In this document: one piece after another, positions 48,639 through 58,680 of the stretch | Numbering within the stretch: position 1 is the stretch's first letter | Layout: every line of letters starts with the position of its first letter | Program-made: the position numbers and the translations under genes | Notes under the pieces: model-generated | The model's input: only the letters and a program-made list of their open reading frames with translations | What the model was told of the DNA's origin: nothing | Database searches by the model: none | Assembly (NCBI GenBank): GCA_964611635.1 | Contig: CAZTAS010000001.1 | Coordinates: forward strand, 25,922 to 89,921 | From: an uncultured Thermodesulfobacteriota bacterium | GTDB lineage: Bacteria > Desulfobacterota > JAFDED01 | Direction of reading: 5' to 3' | DNA: 64,000 nucleotides

Positions 48639-50309
48639 ATGTTTGTGGAAATTATCCATCATTATTGGGCTAAAAAAGTGGGCCCATTTGCTTTTTTAAT
48701 GTTGGCCATACTGATCTCGGGTTGCCAAGACAAAAACGATTCTGCCCTCTTACCTCTAAGTTCCCCTGATCAGTTGGAACCCGCGTATGGCGATGCCATC
48801 ATTTTCGGATCAATCGGTGATGCCAGTAACCTCATCCCTTTTCTGGCATCTGACAGCGCATCCCATCAAATTGGCGATCTGGTTTATAATGGTCTTGTCA
48901 AATATGATAAAGATTTAAACATCGTGGGAGATCTGGCCGAGTCATGGGAGATTGCCCCCGACGGATTGTCTATCACTTTTCATCTTTGTAAAGATGTCCG
49001 GTTTCACGATGGGGCACCCTGTAGCGTGGAGGATGTTTTTTTTACTTTCAATACGATCCTGGACCCCAAGGTTCCCACAGCTTATAAAGAAGATTATAGC
49101 AGAGTCACAGATTTCCAAAAAATCAACAATACGACTTTTAAAGTGTTTTATAAAGAGATTTATGCCCCAGCCCTAATAAGTTGGGGTGCACTTTCGGTTT
49201 TGCCAAGCCACCTGTTAAGATTCTCGGATATTACCAAAAGCCCTTTGACGCGAAGTCCAGTAGGTACTGGGCCATACCGTTTTAAGGAATGGAAAACTCA
49301 GGAGAAGATTGTCCTAGTCTCTTTCCCCGAGTATTTCGGAGGCCGGTCATATATCTATCAATTTATCTTCCGGGTCATACCCGATCAAGCCACAATGTAC
49401 CTGGAACTCAAAGCTGGTGGCCTCGATTTCATGTTCTTGACCCCTCTTCAATATGCACGAGCAACAAATTCAAAATTTTTCAAAAAAAACTTTAAAAAAT
49501 ATCGATATCTTTCGAGCGGATATACATATCTTGGATACAACTTGAAACGCCCCATGTTTCAGGACAAGCGGGTTCGCCAGGCATTATCATATGCAATTGA
49601 CAAGCAGGAAATCATCGATGGAGTGCTATTCGGCTTGGGGCGCATATGCACAGGTCCTTACAAGCCCGCTACGTTCTGGTACAATCCCAATGTACGCCGA
49701 TATCCCCATGATCCTGAGAAGGCTAAAAAGCTGCTTGAGGAGGCAGGATGGAAGGACACCGATGGCGATGGCATCCTGGATAAGGATGGTCGCCCGTTTG
49801 CTTTTACAATCCTGACCAATCAGGGGAACGAAACGCGCAAAAAAACTGGGGAGATTATTCAGCGGCACCTATCGAAGCTGGGTATCCGGGTCAGTTTGAG
49901 GATCATTGAGTGGGCAGCTTTTATCAGCCAGTTTATCGATAAGCGCGAATTTGATGCAACCCTGCTCGGATGGAATATAGTGCCCGATCCCAATCTGATT
50001 AACGTCTGGCACTCCAGCAAGACTGGAGAAGGGGAACTGAACTTCATCGGTTTCCAGAACGATGAGGCGGATCGGATGCTGGAGATGGGGGTCAGAACAT
50101 TTGACCGATGGGAGCGGAAGAAATATTATGACCGATTTCAAGAGATTCTCGCTGAAGAACAACCTTACACTTTCCTTTTTCTGCCTGACGATTTACCCAT
50201 TATCCATGCACGGTTTCAAAATATCCACCCTGCCCCGGCGGGCATTATGCATAATTTTATCCGATGGTATGTGCCCAAAAGCCTGCAGCGATATTTTCTT
50301 CAGCCTTGA
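48639..50309 (+). CDS. ABC transporter substrate-binding lipoprotein, family 5 (peptide/nickel, OppA/DppA-like)
   Basis: An ATG at 48639 gives a signal peptide with lipobox LISGC. The LVKYDKDLNIVGDLAESWE and GTGPYRFKEW blocks are typical of SBP_bac_5. The ORF is open from 48612. Confidence 0.85.
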   Translation: MFVEIIHHYWAKKVGPFAFLMLAILISGCQDKNDSALLPLSSPDQLEPAYGDAIIFGSIGDASNLIPFLASDSASHQIGDLVYNGLVKYDKDLNIVGDLAESWEIAPDGLSITFHLCKDVRFHDGAPCSVEDVFFTFNTILDPKVPTAYKEDYSRVTDFQKINNTTFKVFYKEIYAPALISWGALSVLPSHLLRFSDITKSPLTRSPVGTGPYRFKEWKTQEKIVLVSFPEYFGGRSYIYQFIFRVIPDQATMYLELKAGGLDFMFLTPLQYARATNSKFFKKNFKKYRYLSSGYTYLGYNLKRPMFQDKRVRQALSYAIDKQEIIDGVLFGLGRICTGPYKPATFWYNPNVRRYPHDPEKAKKLLEEAGWKDTDGDGILDKDGRPFAFTILTNQGNETRKKTGEIIQRHLSKLGIRVSLRIIEWAAFISQFIDKREFDATLLGWNIVPDPNLINVWHSSKTGEGELNFIGFQNDEADRMLEMGVRTFDRWERKKYYDRFQEILAEEQPYTFLFLPDDLPIIHARFQNIHPAPAGIMHNFIRWYVPKSLQRYFLQP

Positions 50310-50315
50310 AACGGC

Positions 50316-51704
50316 TTGATGCAAGACATAGTTAAAGGTCACGATATGCCGGGAGATACTCAAAAATTAAAGATTCCTGCACAGGGATGGATCGGTCTTG
50401 TTTTTTTGATCGTCAACGAAATACTCATGTTGCAAGGAGTAGAGCCTTTTGCATCCTATTTTTACTCTTTTGCGTGGTGGTCGTATATCCTTCTGGTGGA
50501 TGGAATCGTATACTGGCGAAAAGGGAATTCCTTGCTTGTAAACCGTCGGCGAGAGTTCTTGACGATGGTGCCATGGTCGGTGGCTTTCTGGCTTGTGTTC
50601 GAGGCGTTTAACTTCCAGTTGAAAAACTGGTATTACGCCAATATGGAGATTTTTCTGCCAGCCCGGTGGATCGGCTATTTCATAGCCTACGCCACTGTCT
50701 TGCCGGGATTGTTTGAGACCCTGGAGCTTCTGGAATCATTTGATCTTTTATCCGGAGTCAAAGGGCCGCGTCATCGTTTTTCCCCGACTGCACTTTTGGT
50801 CATGACAATTATTGGCGCGGCCATGTTGATAATCACATTGATCTTTCCACGGCATGCCTTTCCTCTGATATGGCTTGGATTCGTCTTCCTGCTGGATCCA
50901 ATTGTCTACCACTTTGGAGGACGGTCTCTGCTCCAAAAGATGGAGGAGGAAGGCCCCGTAAAAATTTACCGGCTCATGATCGCCGGTATTGTCTGCGGGT
51001 TTCTTTGGGAATTCTGGAACTTTTGGGCAAGGATCAAGTGGCACTATACTGTCCCTTTCTTTGATGAAATAAAGCTTTTTGAAATGCACGTATTGGGGTT
51101 TCTGGGATTTGCTCCATTCGCAGTGGAATGCTACGTGATGTATTCCTTCGTATGCCTTTTCCGGGATAGCCGATGGTGGGAGGCCGATGTAATTTATCCA
51201 TCCAGCTCGACTCCTGTCAGATACGTGAAACGGACATTGCTTACAGCAGCCGGCATGATACTTTTTTTTCTCATGATGTTCCATGCAATGGATAATTATA
51301 CGGTGGACTCATACGCATCCAGAATGGGAGATTTCAGCGCCGTTTCCACTGAGGAGCAAAGGCGGATGGAAAGCCTGAATGTGGACCGGGTGGAAGATTT
51401 CAATCGTTGGGCACGAAAGCTGGGAGCAAGTGGAGTCAGTCAAGCCCTAGGCATCCCGGAGGGAAAGGCCCGCCGATTGCAGGAGATCGCACGGCTAGCC
51501 GGAATCAAGGGAATGGGAGCACGTAATTTTCGCTTATTGGAACTGGCGGGGATAGATACCACTGCCAAGCTTGCCCGCCAGGAACCAGATACCCTTTATC
51601 ATGAATTGCTTTGGGTAAACAATAAGCATCGGATCAGAAATCAATCTCCCCGACAAGCCATCCTGAAAAATTGGATACTTTCCGCAAAGAATCTTAGTGG
51701 GTAG
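50316..51704 (+). CDS. Polytopic membrane protein fused to a C-terminal DUF4332 (helix-hairpin-helix-like) domain
   Basis: About 9 predicted hydrophobic helices occupy the first ~330 aa. The C-terminal ~110 aa (LAGIKGMGARNFRLLELAGIDTTAKLARQEPDTLYHEL) match the DUF4332 pattern. Confidence 0.6.
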   Translation: MMQDIVKGHDMPGDTQKLKIPAQGWIGLVFLIVNEILMLQGVEPFASYFYSFAWWSYILLVDGIVYWRKGNSLLVNRRREFLTMVPWSVAFWLVFEAFNFQLKNWYYANMEIFLPARWIGYFIAYATVLPGLFETLELLESFDLLSGVKGPRHRFSPTALLVMTIIGAAMLIITLIFPRHAFPLIWLGFVFLLDPIVYHFGGRSLLQKMEEEGPVKIYRLMIAGIVCGFLWEFWNFWARIKWHYTVPFFDEIKLFEMHVLGFLGFAPFAVECYVMYSFVCLFRDSRWWEADVIYPSSSTPVRYVKRTLLTAAGMILFFLMMFHAMDNYTVDSYASRMGDFSAVSTEEQRRMESLNVDRVEDFNRWARKLGASGVSQALGIPEGKARRLQEIARLAGIKGMGARNFRLLELAGIDTTAKLARQEPDTLYHELLWVNNKHRIRNQSPRQAILKNWILSAKNLSG

Positions 51705-51892
51705 TAAGGGGATAGAAAATATAACATTTTTATCTTTCGCGCCGCCGCAATCGGTATGGCAAATTAGCACGGAATGATAAGGATTCACAATTCTTAGCGT
51801 GACTGAAAAACAGATTAACAAAGGCCTCCGTCAAAGATTAGCGATCGCAACTGAGAGAATACTCGAAACTCTGTATTAAAGAGGAAATTCAC

Positions 51893-51920
51893 CGATTCCG
51901 GGCCGAGCAACCCGGAATCG
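51893..51920. repeat. Perfect 10-bp inverted repeat (stem-loop) between convergent genes; possible terminator or binding site
   Basis: cgattccggg-ccgagcaa-cccggaatcg. It is GC-rich with an 8-nt loop. It lies 190 nt after the DUF4332 gene stop and 123 nt after the ald stop. There is no clean U-tract on either strand. Confidence 0.5.
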
Positions 51921-52042
51921 AATGGCTTATGTGAATCTTCTATGCATGATTATCCCTGATGATTTCGTCTCACGTCAAAATGCCCGTAATTAAATATTCT
52001 ATGCAAGGGTAGCTTATACCGTTTCCTCCTATATATTGTATG

Positions 52043-53152
52043 TTAGAATTTTGGTTCCTCCCATGGAATTCTATGCGCTTCCGCTACCGCACAGCAGGTA
52101 AGATATCCCTTGAAAGTGTTGAGGCCTTTCATTAATGCCGGGTTTTGAGAAAATGCTCGTTCGCACCCCTTGTCGGCGATCTCCAGCGCGTACGAAAGAG
52201 TGGAGTTCGTAAGCGCGAAGGTGGAGGTTCTGGGCACATCTGCTGGCATGTTCGTGACGGCGTAGTGGACTACTCCGTGCATTTTATAAGTGGGATGGGC
52301 GTGAGTGGTGGGATGGGTGGTCTCGCAACAACCGCCCTGATCCACTGCTATGTCCACGATGGCCGAGCCGGACCGCATCTTCTTAACCAAGTTTTCACTG
52401 ATTAAAATAGGTGCCCGGGCTCCGGGTATTAACACTGCACCTATCACTAAGTCGGCGCTGACGACTTCCTCTTCGATGTTTCCACTGTTGGACATAACAG
52501 TGGTTATGTGGCCTCCCATTATGTCGCGCACATATCTCAAGCGAATAGGATTGGTATCGAGCACGCTGACACGCGCACCAATACCCACGGCTATCTGGCA
52601 TGCATTGGTTCCTACGATACCAGCTCCCAATATGACAATCTTGGCTGGCGGAACTCCAGATACACCACTGAGTAATACTCCAGAGCCGCCATTTCTCGAC
52701 TCCAGGCAAAAGGCACCTTTTTGAATGGAGAGCCTTCCGGCCACCTCGCTCATAGGGGCCAGCAGAGGTAGCGATCCATCGCCCAGTTGAATCGTTTCAT
52801 AAGCAATCCCGATGACTTTTTTCTTCAATAGGGTGCGGGTTAGATCTGAGTTGGCAGCAAGATGCAAATAGGTAAAAAGGATCTGGCCCTCGCGAAGAAG
52901 CTCGTATTCTGATTCCAGGGGTTCTTTGACCTTGATGACAAAGTCGGCCTTTTTCCATATAGAACACGCCTCATCAACAATATCCGCCCCTGCATCAAGA
53001 TATTGCTCGTTTGATATCCCACTTCCCAGGCCTGCATTCTGTTCCACCAAGACTCGATGTCCATGGCCTACAAGTGTCATGACGCCAGCGGGTGTAATAG
53101 CCACACGGTTTTCCTCGGCCTTGATCTCTTTAGGCACCCCCACGATCATCAT
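52043..53152 (-). CDS. ald: Alanine dehydrogenase
   Basis: MIVGVPKEIKAEENRVAITPAGV and the NAD motif ILGAGIVGTNA are present. Length is 369 aa. Confidence 0.93.
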   Translation of the reverse strand: MMIVGVPKEIKAEENRVAITPAGVMTLVGHGHRVLVEQNAGLGSGISNEQYLDAGADIVDEACSIWKKADFVIKVKEPLESEYELLREGQILFTYLHLAANSDLTRTLLKKKVIGIAYETIQLGDGSLPLLAPMSEVAGRLSIQKGAFCLESRNGGSGVLLSGVSGVPPAKIVILGAGIVGTNACQIAVGIGARVSVLDTNPIRLRYVRDIMGGHITTVMSNSGNIEEEVVSADLVIGAVLIPGARAPILISENLVKKMRSGSAIVDIAVDQGGCCETTHPTTHAHPTYKMHGVVHYAVTNMPADVPRTSTFALTNSTLSYALEIADKGCERAFSQNPALMKGLNTFKGYLTCCAVAEAHRIPWEEPKF

Positions 53153-53305
53153 TTTACTCCTTTCTCATTCTCATTTCTCAGGCAATTGAACATGCTCTAT
53201 TCAATTTTTAGGAGATGATATAGATGGAACCATTTTCAATCAAAAAACATTTTATGGATATGATTCCAAAAGTTCAAGAAAGAAAACATTCTTAACCCTT
53301 TTATA

Positions 53306-53334
53306 TTGAGAAAACACTTTGTTCATGATATATT
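53306..53334 (+). promoter_or_regulatory. Sigma-70-like promoter upstream of the HExxH protein gene
   Basis: TTGAGA, a 17-nt spacer, then TATATT, ending 24 nt before the ATG at 53359. This is a sequence match only. Confidence 0.35.
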
Positions 53335-53358
53335 ATAAAAAATTGATTTTCATTTAGT

Positions 53359-53907
53359 ATGAGATTGTGGGTCCGAATGAATACGTCAGTATGTTTCGAT
53401 CAATCTGATCTTAAGACTGTGTGGGCAGCGACACAGTATGCAGAAGATCTTTCATGCCGATATTTCAGACTAAAGGAAATATTTACTAAGCATCTGGCAT
53501 ATGAGTATCGAACATTGTCAGATTTAAATGATCACGAAATTATTGACCACGGATTTGCTCATCTTGTTAGATATCGTTTAAAGCCTCATAAAATTTTGCC
53601 CGATCCACATTACAGGGAACTTTATTCTATTTGTCTTCAGGATCATCGTATTCTGGACGTCGTCAAGAATCGCCAAGATGGTGTTCAATTGAAACCCCTC
53701 ATGCTTTATATCATGACGCATGAGCTGATCCACATTATCCGATTCAGCAAGTTCAACCAGGATTTTGACGCCTCATCCTCAATACGAGAAGAAGAAGAAA
53801 AAAGTGTTCATACGATAACATATGAGGTTCTGCGAAAATTAGAAGACCGTGGAGTTAATTGGGTGCTGGACTGCTATAGCCCTTTCCGAAATCCAAATGT
53901 CCAATAA
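53359..53907 (+). CDS. Hypothetical protein with an HExxH motif (possible small zinc metallopeptidase-like protein)
   Basis: 182 aa with no signal peptide or TM helix. It carries LMLYIMTHELIHIIRF. I recognise no family. Confidence 0.55.
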   Translation: MRLWVRMNTSVCFDQSDLKTVWAATQYAEDLSCRYFRLKEIFTKHLAYEYRTLSDLNDHEIIDHGFAHLVRYRLKPHKILPDPHYRELYSICLQDHRILDVVKNRQDGVQLKPLMLYIMTHELIHIIRFSKFNQDFDASSSIREEEEKSVHTITYEVLRKLEDRGVNWVLDCYSPFRNPNVQ

Positions 53908-54080
53908 TAAAACGCTTCTTGACTTGACATGGCCCATTATGAGGATTAATTTAATAGTAAAATTCGAATTGAATAAATCTCTGGAAATGCTTCAAAGGCA
54001 AAGTAGATTTAAGAACTTCGCTGAGCAGCCATAAATGATCCTTTACAAATTGAATTTTATATTGGGAGGAGGTTTTTATT

Positions 54081-54359
54081 GTGCCTGTTTATGAGTATCG
54101 ATGCAGTGCTTGTGGAAAGACATTCGAAAAACTTCAAAAGTTCTCCGATCCGCCCTTGCAAAATTGTCCTTCTTGCTCAGGAAATGTGTCTAAGATAATT
54201 TCTCCGTGCACCTTTCATTTAAAAGGACAAGGTTGGTATGTAACCGATTATGCACGTAAATCATCATCTTCCAGTGCATCAAGCCGGAATAACGGCTCCT
54301 CCAGCAGCGAAGAGAAAGCCGGTAACAAGAAAGAAAAGACAAGTAAGGTCGAGGATTGA
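54081..54359 (+). CDS. FmdB-family zinc-ribbon protein
   Basis: A GTG start follows GGGAGGAGG. The canonical MPVYEYRCSACGKTFE...CPSCSG is present, with a Ser-rich then Lys-rich tail. Confidence 0.85.
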   Translation: MPVYEYRCSACGKTFEKLQKFSDPPLQNCPSCSGNVSKIISPCTFHLKGQGWYVTDYARKSSSSSASSRNNGSSSSEEKAGNKKEKTSKVED

Positions 54360-54571
54360 TTTTTAACAATCACCAGTAAACGAAAAAGGGATCGTTCAAC
54401 AACAAGTTATCTTTATCTCTTGGGTAAAAGAGTGGCCAGGATTTATTGCTCAGCTCAATCCATGATGAAGAAAACTCCAACAGGGAAAGGGGTCATATTC
54501 AATTTCGTGTGTAAACCATATAAAGAAAATCACACAGAGATCTTAGCAATTTTTTAATGGAATGCTGTCTA

Positions 54572-54862
54572 TCAAATTAACTCACCATTGATTTTCTTTT
54601 TCAATACCTTTGAGACTTTAAATGTGAGTACTTTTCGCCCGATAATTTCCATTTCTTCCCCAGTCTGAGGGTTTCTCCCACGGCGGGGTTGCTTCTGCCG
54701 GATTTGAAATTTTCCGAACCCGCTGATCACCAAATTATTTCCATTTCGCATATTTTCCTTCATTATCTCCAGCGTTGTTTCGAATGTCCGTCTCGATAAG
54801 TTCTTATCCAAACCTGTTCGTTCCATAATTTTATTAATGATATGTTCCTTTTTCAGTGTCAT
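54572..54862 (-). CDS. ihfA: Integration host factor subunit alpha (HU/IHF family)
   Basis: The ATG at 54862 is preceded by GGAGAGG. MTLKKEHIINKI..., ISGFGKFQIR and GRNPQTGEEM are present. The ORF maximum extends to 54880. Confidence 0.8.
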   Translation of the reverse strand: MTLKKEHIINKIMERTGLDKNLSRRTFETTLEIMKENMRNGNNLVISGFGKFQIRQKQPRRGRNPQTGEEMEIIGRKVLTFKVSKVLKKKINGELI

Positions 54863-54949
54863 GGCATAACCTCTCCGCAATCATTTTTCAAATAATATAT
54901 CCTTGCGAGAAGATATTCTTCTCTATTTGATTCCTGATTGATCTTCGAT

Positions 54950-54978
54950 TTCGAGAGTAAACATATCAAAGATTTTTT
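54950..54978 (-). promoter_or_regulatory. Sigma-70-like promoter for ihfA
   Basis: The minus strand reads TTGACA, a 17-nt spacer, then TATGTT, about 85 nt upstream of the ihfA ATG. This is a sequence match only. Confidence 0.4.
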
Positions 54979-55110
54979 CCATTGTCAATTCAAATAATTG
55001 ATATTTAACAAGAATGATATAAATGTAAAAGCCCGTGATAAGGGAATGAAATTTGGTGCCTTGCACATCATCAATAATTTTCAAAGACCTATTGAGTATT
55101 TTTCATCCGA

Positions 55111-56493
55111 TCAGGATTCCAGTTCTTGCTGGTAGGCTTTGAGCTTATACTGAATTTTCCGAACGCTGATGCCCAACATTCGGGCTGCCCGGCTAGTGCT
55201 CCCACTCGCATGCTCCATGGATTGGAGAATAGCAGCTTTTTCCAGTTCACGCATGGTTGAGCCAGGGGGGATTTTAATGGTCGACTTAAATTCTTCTGTT
55301 TGCGGCGTTGGTTCAAGTGGGGGAAGGACATCTGGTGTGATTATATTATTGCGTATCATGACTACTGCCCGTTCGATTGCGTTTTCCAATTCACGTATGT
55401 TTCCCGGCCAATGATAAGATTTGAGAATATCAAGGGCTTCAGGTGAAATATCTGCCACGGACTTATTGTTTTCAGCAGCAAACTTATTGATGAAGTGCTG
55501 TACAAGTAAGGGTATGTCCGATTTTCGCTCGCGCAACGGTGGGATATGGAAAGTTATAACATTGAGACGGTAGAAAAGATCCTCCCGGAACGAGTCCTGG
55601 AGAACGGCTTGTTTTAGATCTTTATTGGTTGCAGCTATAACGCGGACATCAACGCAGATGGTCTCATTGCTCCCAACGCGCTCGAATTTATGTTCTTGGA
55701 GGAAGCGGAGGAGCTTGACCTGTGTCGAAGGACTTATCTCGCTGATCTCATCTAAAAATATGGTCCCCACATGAGCCATCTCGAACCGTCCTTTGCGGGT
55801 GTAAATGGCCCCTGTAAAAGCACCTCGAACATGGCCAAAAAGCTCGCTTTCCAAGAGGGTTTCTGCAAGAACACCACAACTGACCTTGACGAAGGGTTTA
55901 TCCCGGCGAGGGCTGAAATAATGGATTGCATTGGCCACGAGTTCTTTCCCAGTTCCGCTTTCTCCTTGGATGAGAATCGAGGCCCGGCTATCGGCAACAT
56001 CCTTTATTGTTTTCATAATATTTTGCATGGGAGGGCTATTGCCTATAAGGTGAGCAAAACGATATCGGTCATGCAACTGGTGGCGTAGTGATTTGGCTTC
56101 TTGGATAAGTCGGCTTTTCTCCAAGGTACGGCGGACAAGGATTTCCATTTCATCTATGTCCACTGGCTTCATCAGGTAATCTTCTGCGCCAAGTTTGAGA
56201 GCCTCTATCGCTGTCTTAACAGTTCCATGTGCAGTAATTACGATCACTGGTGTCTCAGGATCGTATTCTTTTATCTTCCGTAGGAGTTGCAGGCCATCCA
56301 TCCCGGGCATCTTCAAATCAGCTAAAACAATATCGGGAGATTCTTGGGGCACCATCTCCCAGGCCTGATAGCCATTTGGCGCCGTAATCACCTGATATCC
56401 GGCTCCTCCCAAAAGCTCGGATAAACCTTGGCGGGTATGTTTTTCGTCATCAACAATTAGGATCTTGCCGGTTGCCATAATTCCTCCGGTCAT
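55111..56493 (-). CDS. Sigma-54-dependent response regulator (NtrC/AtoC family)
   Basis: The receiver domain has ILIVDDEK...DIVLADLKMPG. The AAA+ domain has GESGTGKE, GAFTGA and DEISE. The C-terminal Fis-type HTH is AARMLGISVRKIQYKLK. Confidence 0.92.
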   Translation of the reverse strand: MTGGIMATGKILIVDDEKHTRQGLSELLGGAGYQVITAPNGYQAWEMVPQESPDIVLADLKMPGMDGLQLLRKIKEYDPETPVIVITAHGTVKTAIEALKLGAEDYLMKPVDIDEMEILVRRTLEKSRLIQEAKSLRHQLHDRYRFAHLIGNSPPMQNIMKTIKDVADSRASILIQGESGTGKELVANAIHYFSPRRDKPFVKVSCGVLAETLLESELFGHVRGAFTGAIYTRKGRFEMAHVGTIFLDEISEISPSTQVKLLRFLQEHKFERVGSNETICVDVRVIAATNKDLKQAVLQDSFREDLFYRLNVITFHIPPLRERKSDIPLLVQHFINKFAAENNKSVADISPEALDILKSYHWPGNIRELENAIERAVVMIRNNIITPDVLPPLEPTPQTEEFKSTIKIPPGSTMRELEKAAILQSMEHASGSTSRAARMLGISVRKIQYKLKAYQQELES

Positions 56494-57731
56494 TACCCTT
56501 CTTGCCGGAGGGGAAGGATGACCGTGCAGGTTGTTCCCTTCCCCACATCGCTTTCGATTTGAATTTCTCCCCCATGAAGTTCAAGAATCGGGTGAACAAT
56601 TGCGAGCCCGAGTCCCGTACCATTTTCCTTAGTGGAATAAAAAATCTCGAAAATATGGTCCATCTGTTCTGCCGGAATGCCGCAGCCTGTATCCATGATC
56701 CGGATTACAATACTTTCATTCTCATGAGAAGTTTTAACCTTAATGATTCCTCCGTCAGACATAGCTTCCACGCTATTTTGCATCAGATTGAGAAAGACCT
56801 GCTGAATTTTTTCCCTATCCACCTCAACCAGTGGGAGATCTGGGGAAAATCTCCTTTCAAGGCGAATCGCTTTGCTCTGACAAGTACCTTCCATAAGTGA
56901 TATTGATGCGGAAAGAAGTGCATTTATGTTTTCTAGATTGGTATTAAGCTGGAAGAAACTTGAAAAATGAAGAAAATCATTAGTTAGATTGACCAGCCGA
57001 TCGATCCCCTCGCGAATGATCCTGATTGTCTCAAGATTTTTCTCGAGAAGATCGTCGGAGACATTCGCCAGTCTTCTTTCCAGCAACCCCAGTTGAATGC
57101 TCATTGAATTCAGGGGATTCTTAATCTCGTGAGCCAATCCCGCGGCAAAGGCACCCACAGACGCCATTTTCTCTGTCCGAATGAGCTGCCGTTCCATTTT
57201 TTTGCGCTCAGTGATGTCGCTGACCACAGCGGTATATCCTATAAGATTGTTAGAGTCATCAAAGACGGGCGTACGGGTGATACTCACAGCAGCACGTCTT
57301 CCATCATTTCGTAGCCTTTCTGTCTCCATGTTTTTGATGTGTCCTTTTTCTCTTACGATTCGGGCCATAATATCCAATTCATGAATACGATCCGGAGGAA
57401 ATAATATTGCCATTGGTTTGCCAATGATCTCTTTCCTTTTATAACCATAGATTCGTTCAGCCCCTTTGTTCCAGGAACGGATTATATTATTGGTATCCAT
57501 GCTCAAGATAGCATCGGCTGTATCCATCAGTGCATTTCGCATATACCTTTCATTTCTCTTCAGCCATTGGACATAACGACATCTTTCAATCATATCCTTA
57601 TGAGGGCATTTCGGTTCCAGGCATTTCACCCTCATCAGGTTATCATCGATATGCCAGTCATCCCAGAATGGTAAATCACTCATGAACTGGGTTCCTTTGC
57701 ACATTCGAAGGAAGGGTTCATTTGTATCCAA
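56493..57731 (-). CDS. PAS-domain sensor histidine kinase
   Basis: A Cys-rich N-terminal segment is followed by a PAS domain (SWNKGAERIYGYKRKEIIG). The H-box is AHEIKNPLN, with N and G boxes (NLMQNSVEA, GTGLGLAIV). Its stop overlaps the regulator start by 1 nt. TTG start. Confidence 0.9.
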   Translation of the reverse strand: MDTNEPFLRMCKGTQFMSDLPFWDDWHIDDNLMRVKCLEPKCPHKDMIERCRYVQWLKRNERYMRNALMDTADAILSMDTNNIIRSWNKGAERIYGYKRKEIIGKPMAILFPPDRIHELDIMARIVREKGHIKNMETERLRNDGRRAAVSITRTPVFDDSNNLIGYTAVVSDITERKKMERQLIRTEKMASVGAFAAGLAHEIKNPLNSMSIQLGLLERRLANVSDDLLEKNLETIRIIREGIDRLVNLTNDFLHFSSFFQLNTNLENINALLSASISLMEGTCQSKAIRLERRFSPDLPLVEVDREKIQQVFLNLMQNSVEAMSDGGIIKVKTSHENESIVIRIMDTGCGIPAEQMDHIFEIFYSTKENGTGLGLAIVHPILELHGGEIQIESDVGKGTTCTVILPLRQEG

Positions 57732-58172
57732 TCACTTGATGGCTCTTGAGCATGAAGATTATGCTATTAACAGGCATGTGAATCCCTAATTTGCTGACAT
57801 GCCCCCTGAAAGGAAGATGGGTTAGTTCTGCATAAACAGGTTCAACCAGCTACATGTAACGAGGGGTATCTAGGAGGCTGGATAGCGGCTCGCGGAATGA
57901 TCGGGAAAAACAAATTATAGCGTTCGATATGATGGAACCACATTATCACGAATATTTGTCCTTTTTACCTTCCTGTTACGCGGAGGGGTGCTTTGATTTT
58001 TTCCTCTCCGATTGTGCTGCGCCACCCAAAATGGATAAAACCTCATATGGGTACTCTCGTTAATGATAAGAACCCACCGCCTATGAAACCCTCTCTCCAA
58101 AGACAATCCCAAGGGCGTTTTATATTACTTCACATTGTAATGGATTCCCTCATCAGCAGTAGTATTTATTAT

Positions 58173-58646
58173 TTAAGTTGAAGTTACGGGTTCCTTCTCA
58201 TCCTTTTTTTGGATGGAAGCCTTTTCAGCAGGGGATTTGTCTTTGGAGGCCATTTTTTTTCTGGCTTTCTGTTTTTTCTTTTTTTTATTGTTCCCTGACA
58301 GCAACTCCACCGCAGAAATCGGTGCGCTGTCACCCAATCGATAACCCAGTTTTACGATGCGCAGATAACCACCTTGGACATCGCTGTATCGTGGGGCCAG
58401 CTCATCAAATAGCTTTCGCGATACAGTCTTATCACGGATAACAGCATTGGCTAGCCTACGTGCGTGCAAGTCACCCCTTTTGGCCAGAGTAATCATTCTT
58501 TCAGCCAATCGCTTCAGTTCTTTGGCCTTGGCATCTGTGGTCTGGATTTTTTCATGTTCAAATAGAGATGTAACCATGTTCCTAAACATAGCCCTTCGAT
58601 GGCTAGATGTCCGATTTAACTTTCTCCCGGCTTTTCGATGTCGCAT
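58173..58646 (-). CDS. rplQ: 50S ribosomal protein L17, with a Lys-rich C-terminal extension
   Basis: [24 protein letters not shown]... is the canonical L17 N-terminus. The tail [24 protein letters not shown] is an extension. Confidence 0.95.
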   Translation of the reverse strand: MRHRKAGRKLNRTSSHRRAMFRNMVTSLFEHEKIQTTDAKAKELKRLAERMITLAKRGDLHARRLANAVIRDKTVSRKLFDELAPRYSDVQGGYLRIVKLGYRLGDSAPISAVELLSGNNKKKKKQKARKKMASKDKSPAEKASIQKKDEKEPVTST

Positions 58647-58680
58647 GACTATAATTTCCTAACTATGCCAAGTCAGTCTT

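Noticed and set aside
55046-55059. Sigma-54-like element on the minus strand upstream of ihfA: GGCAC-caaat-TTCA, with correct GG-N10 spacing.
   Set aside because: The invariant -12 GC is replaced by CA. A better sigma-70-type promoter lies closer to ihfA.
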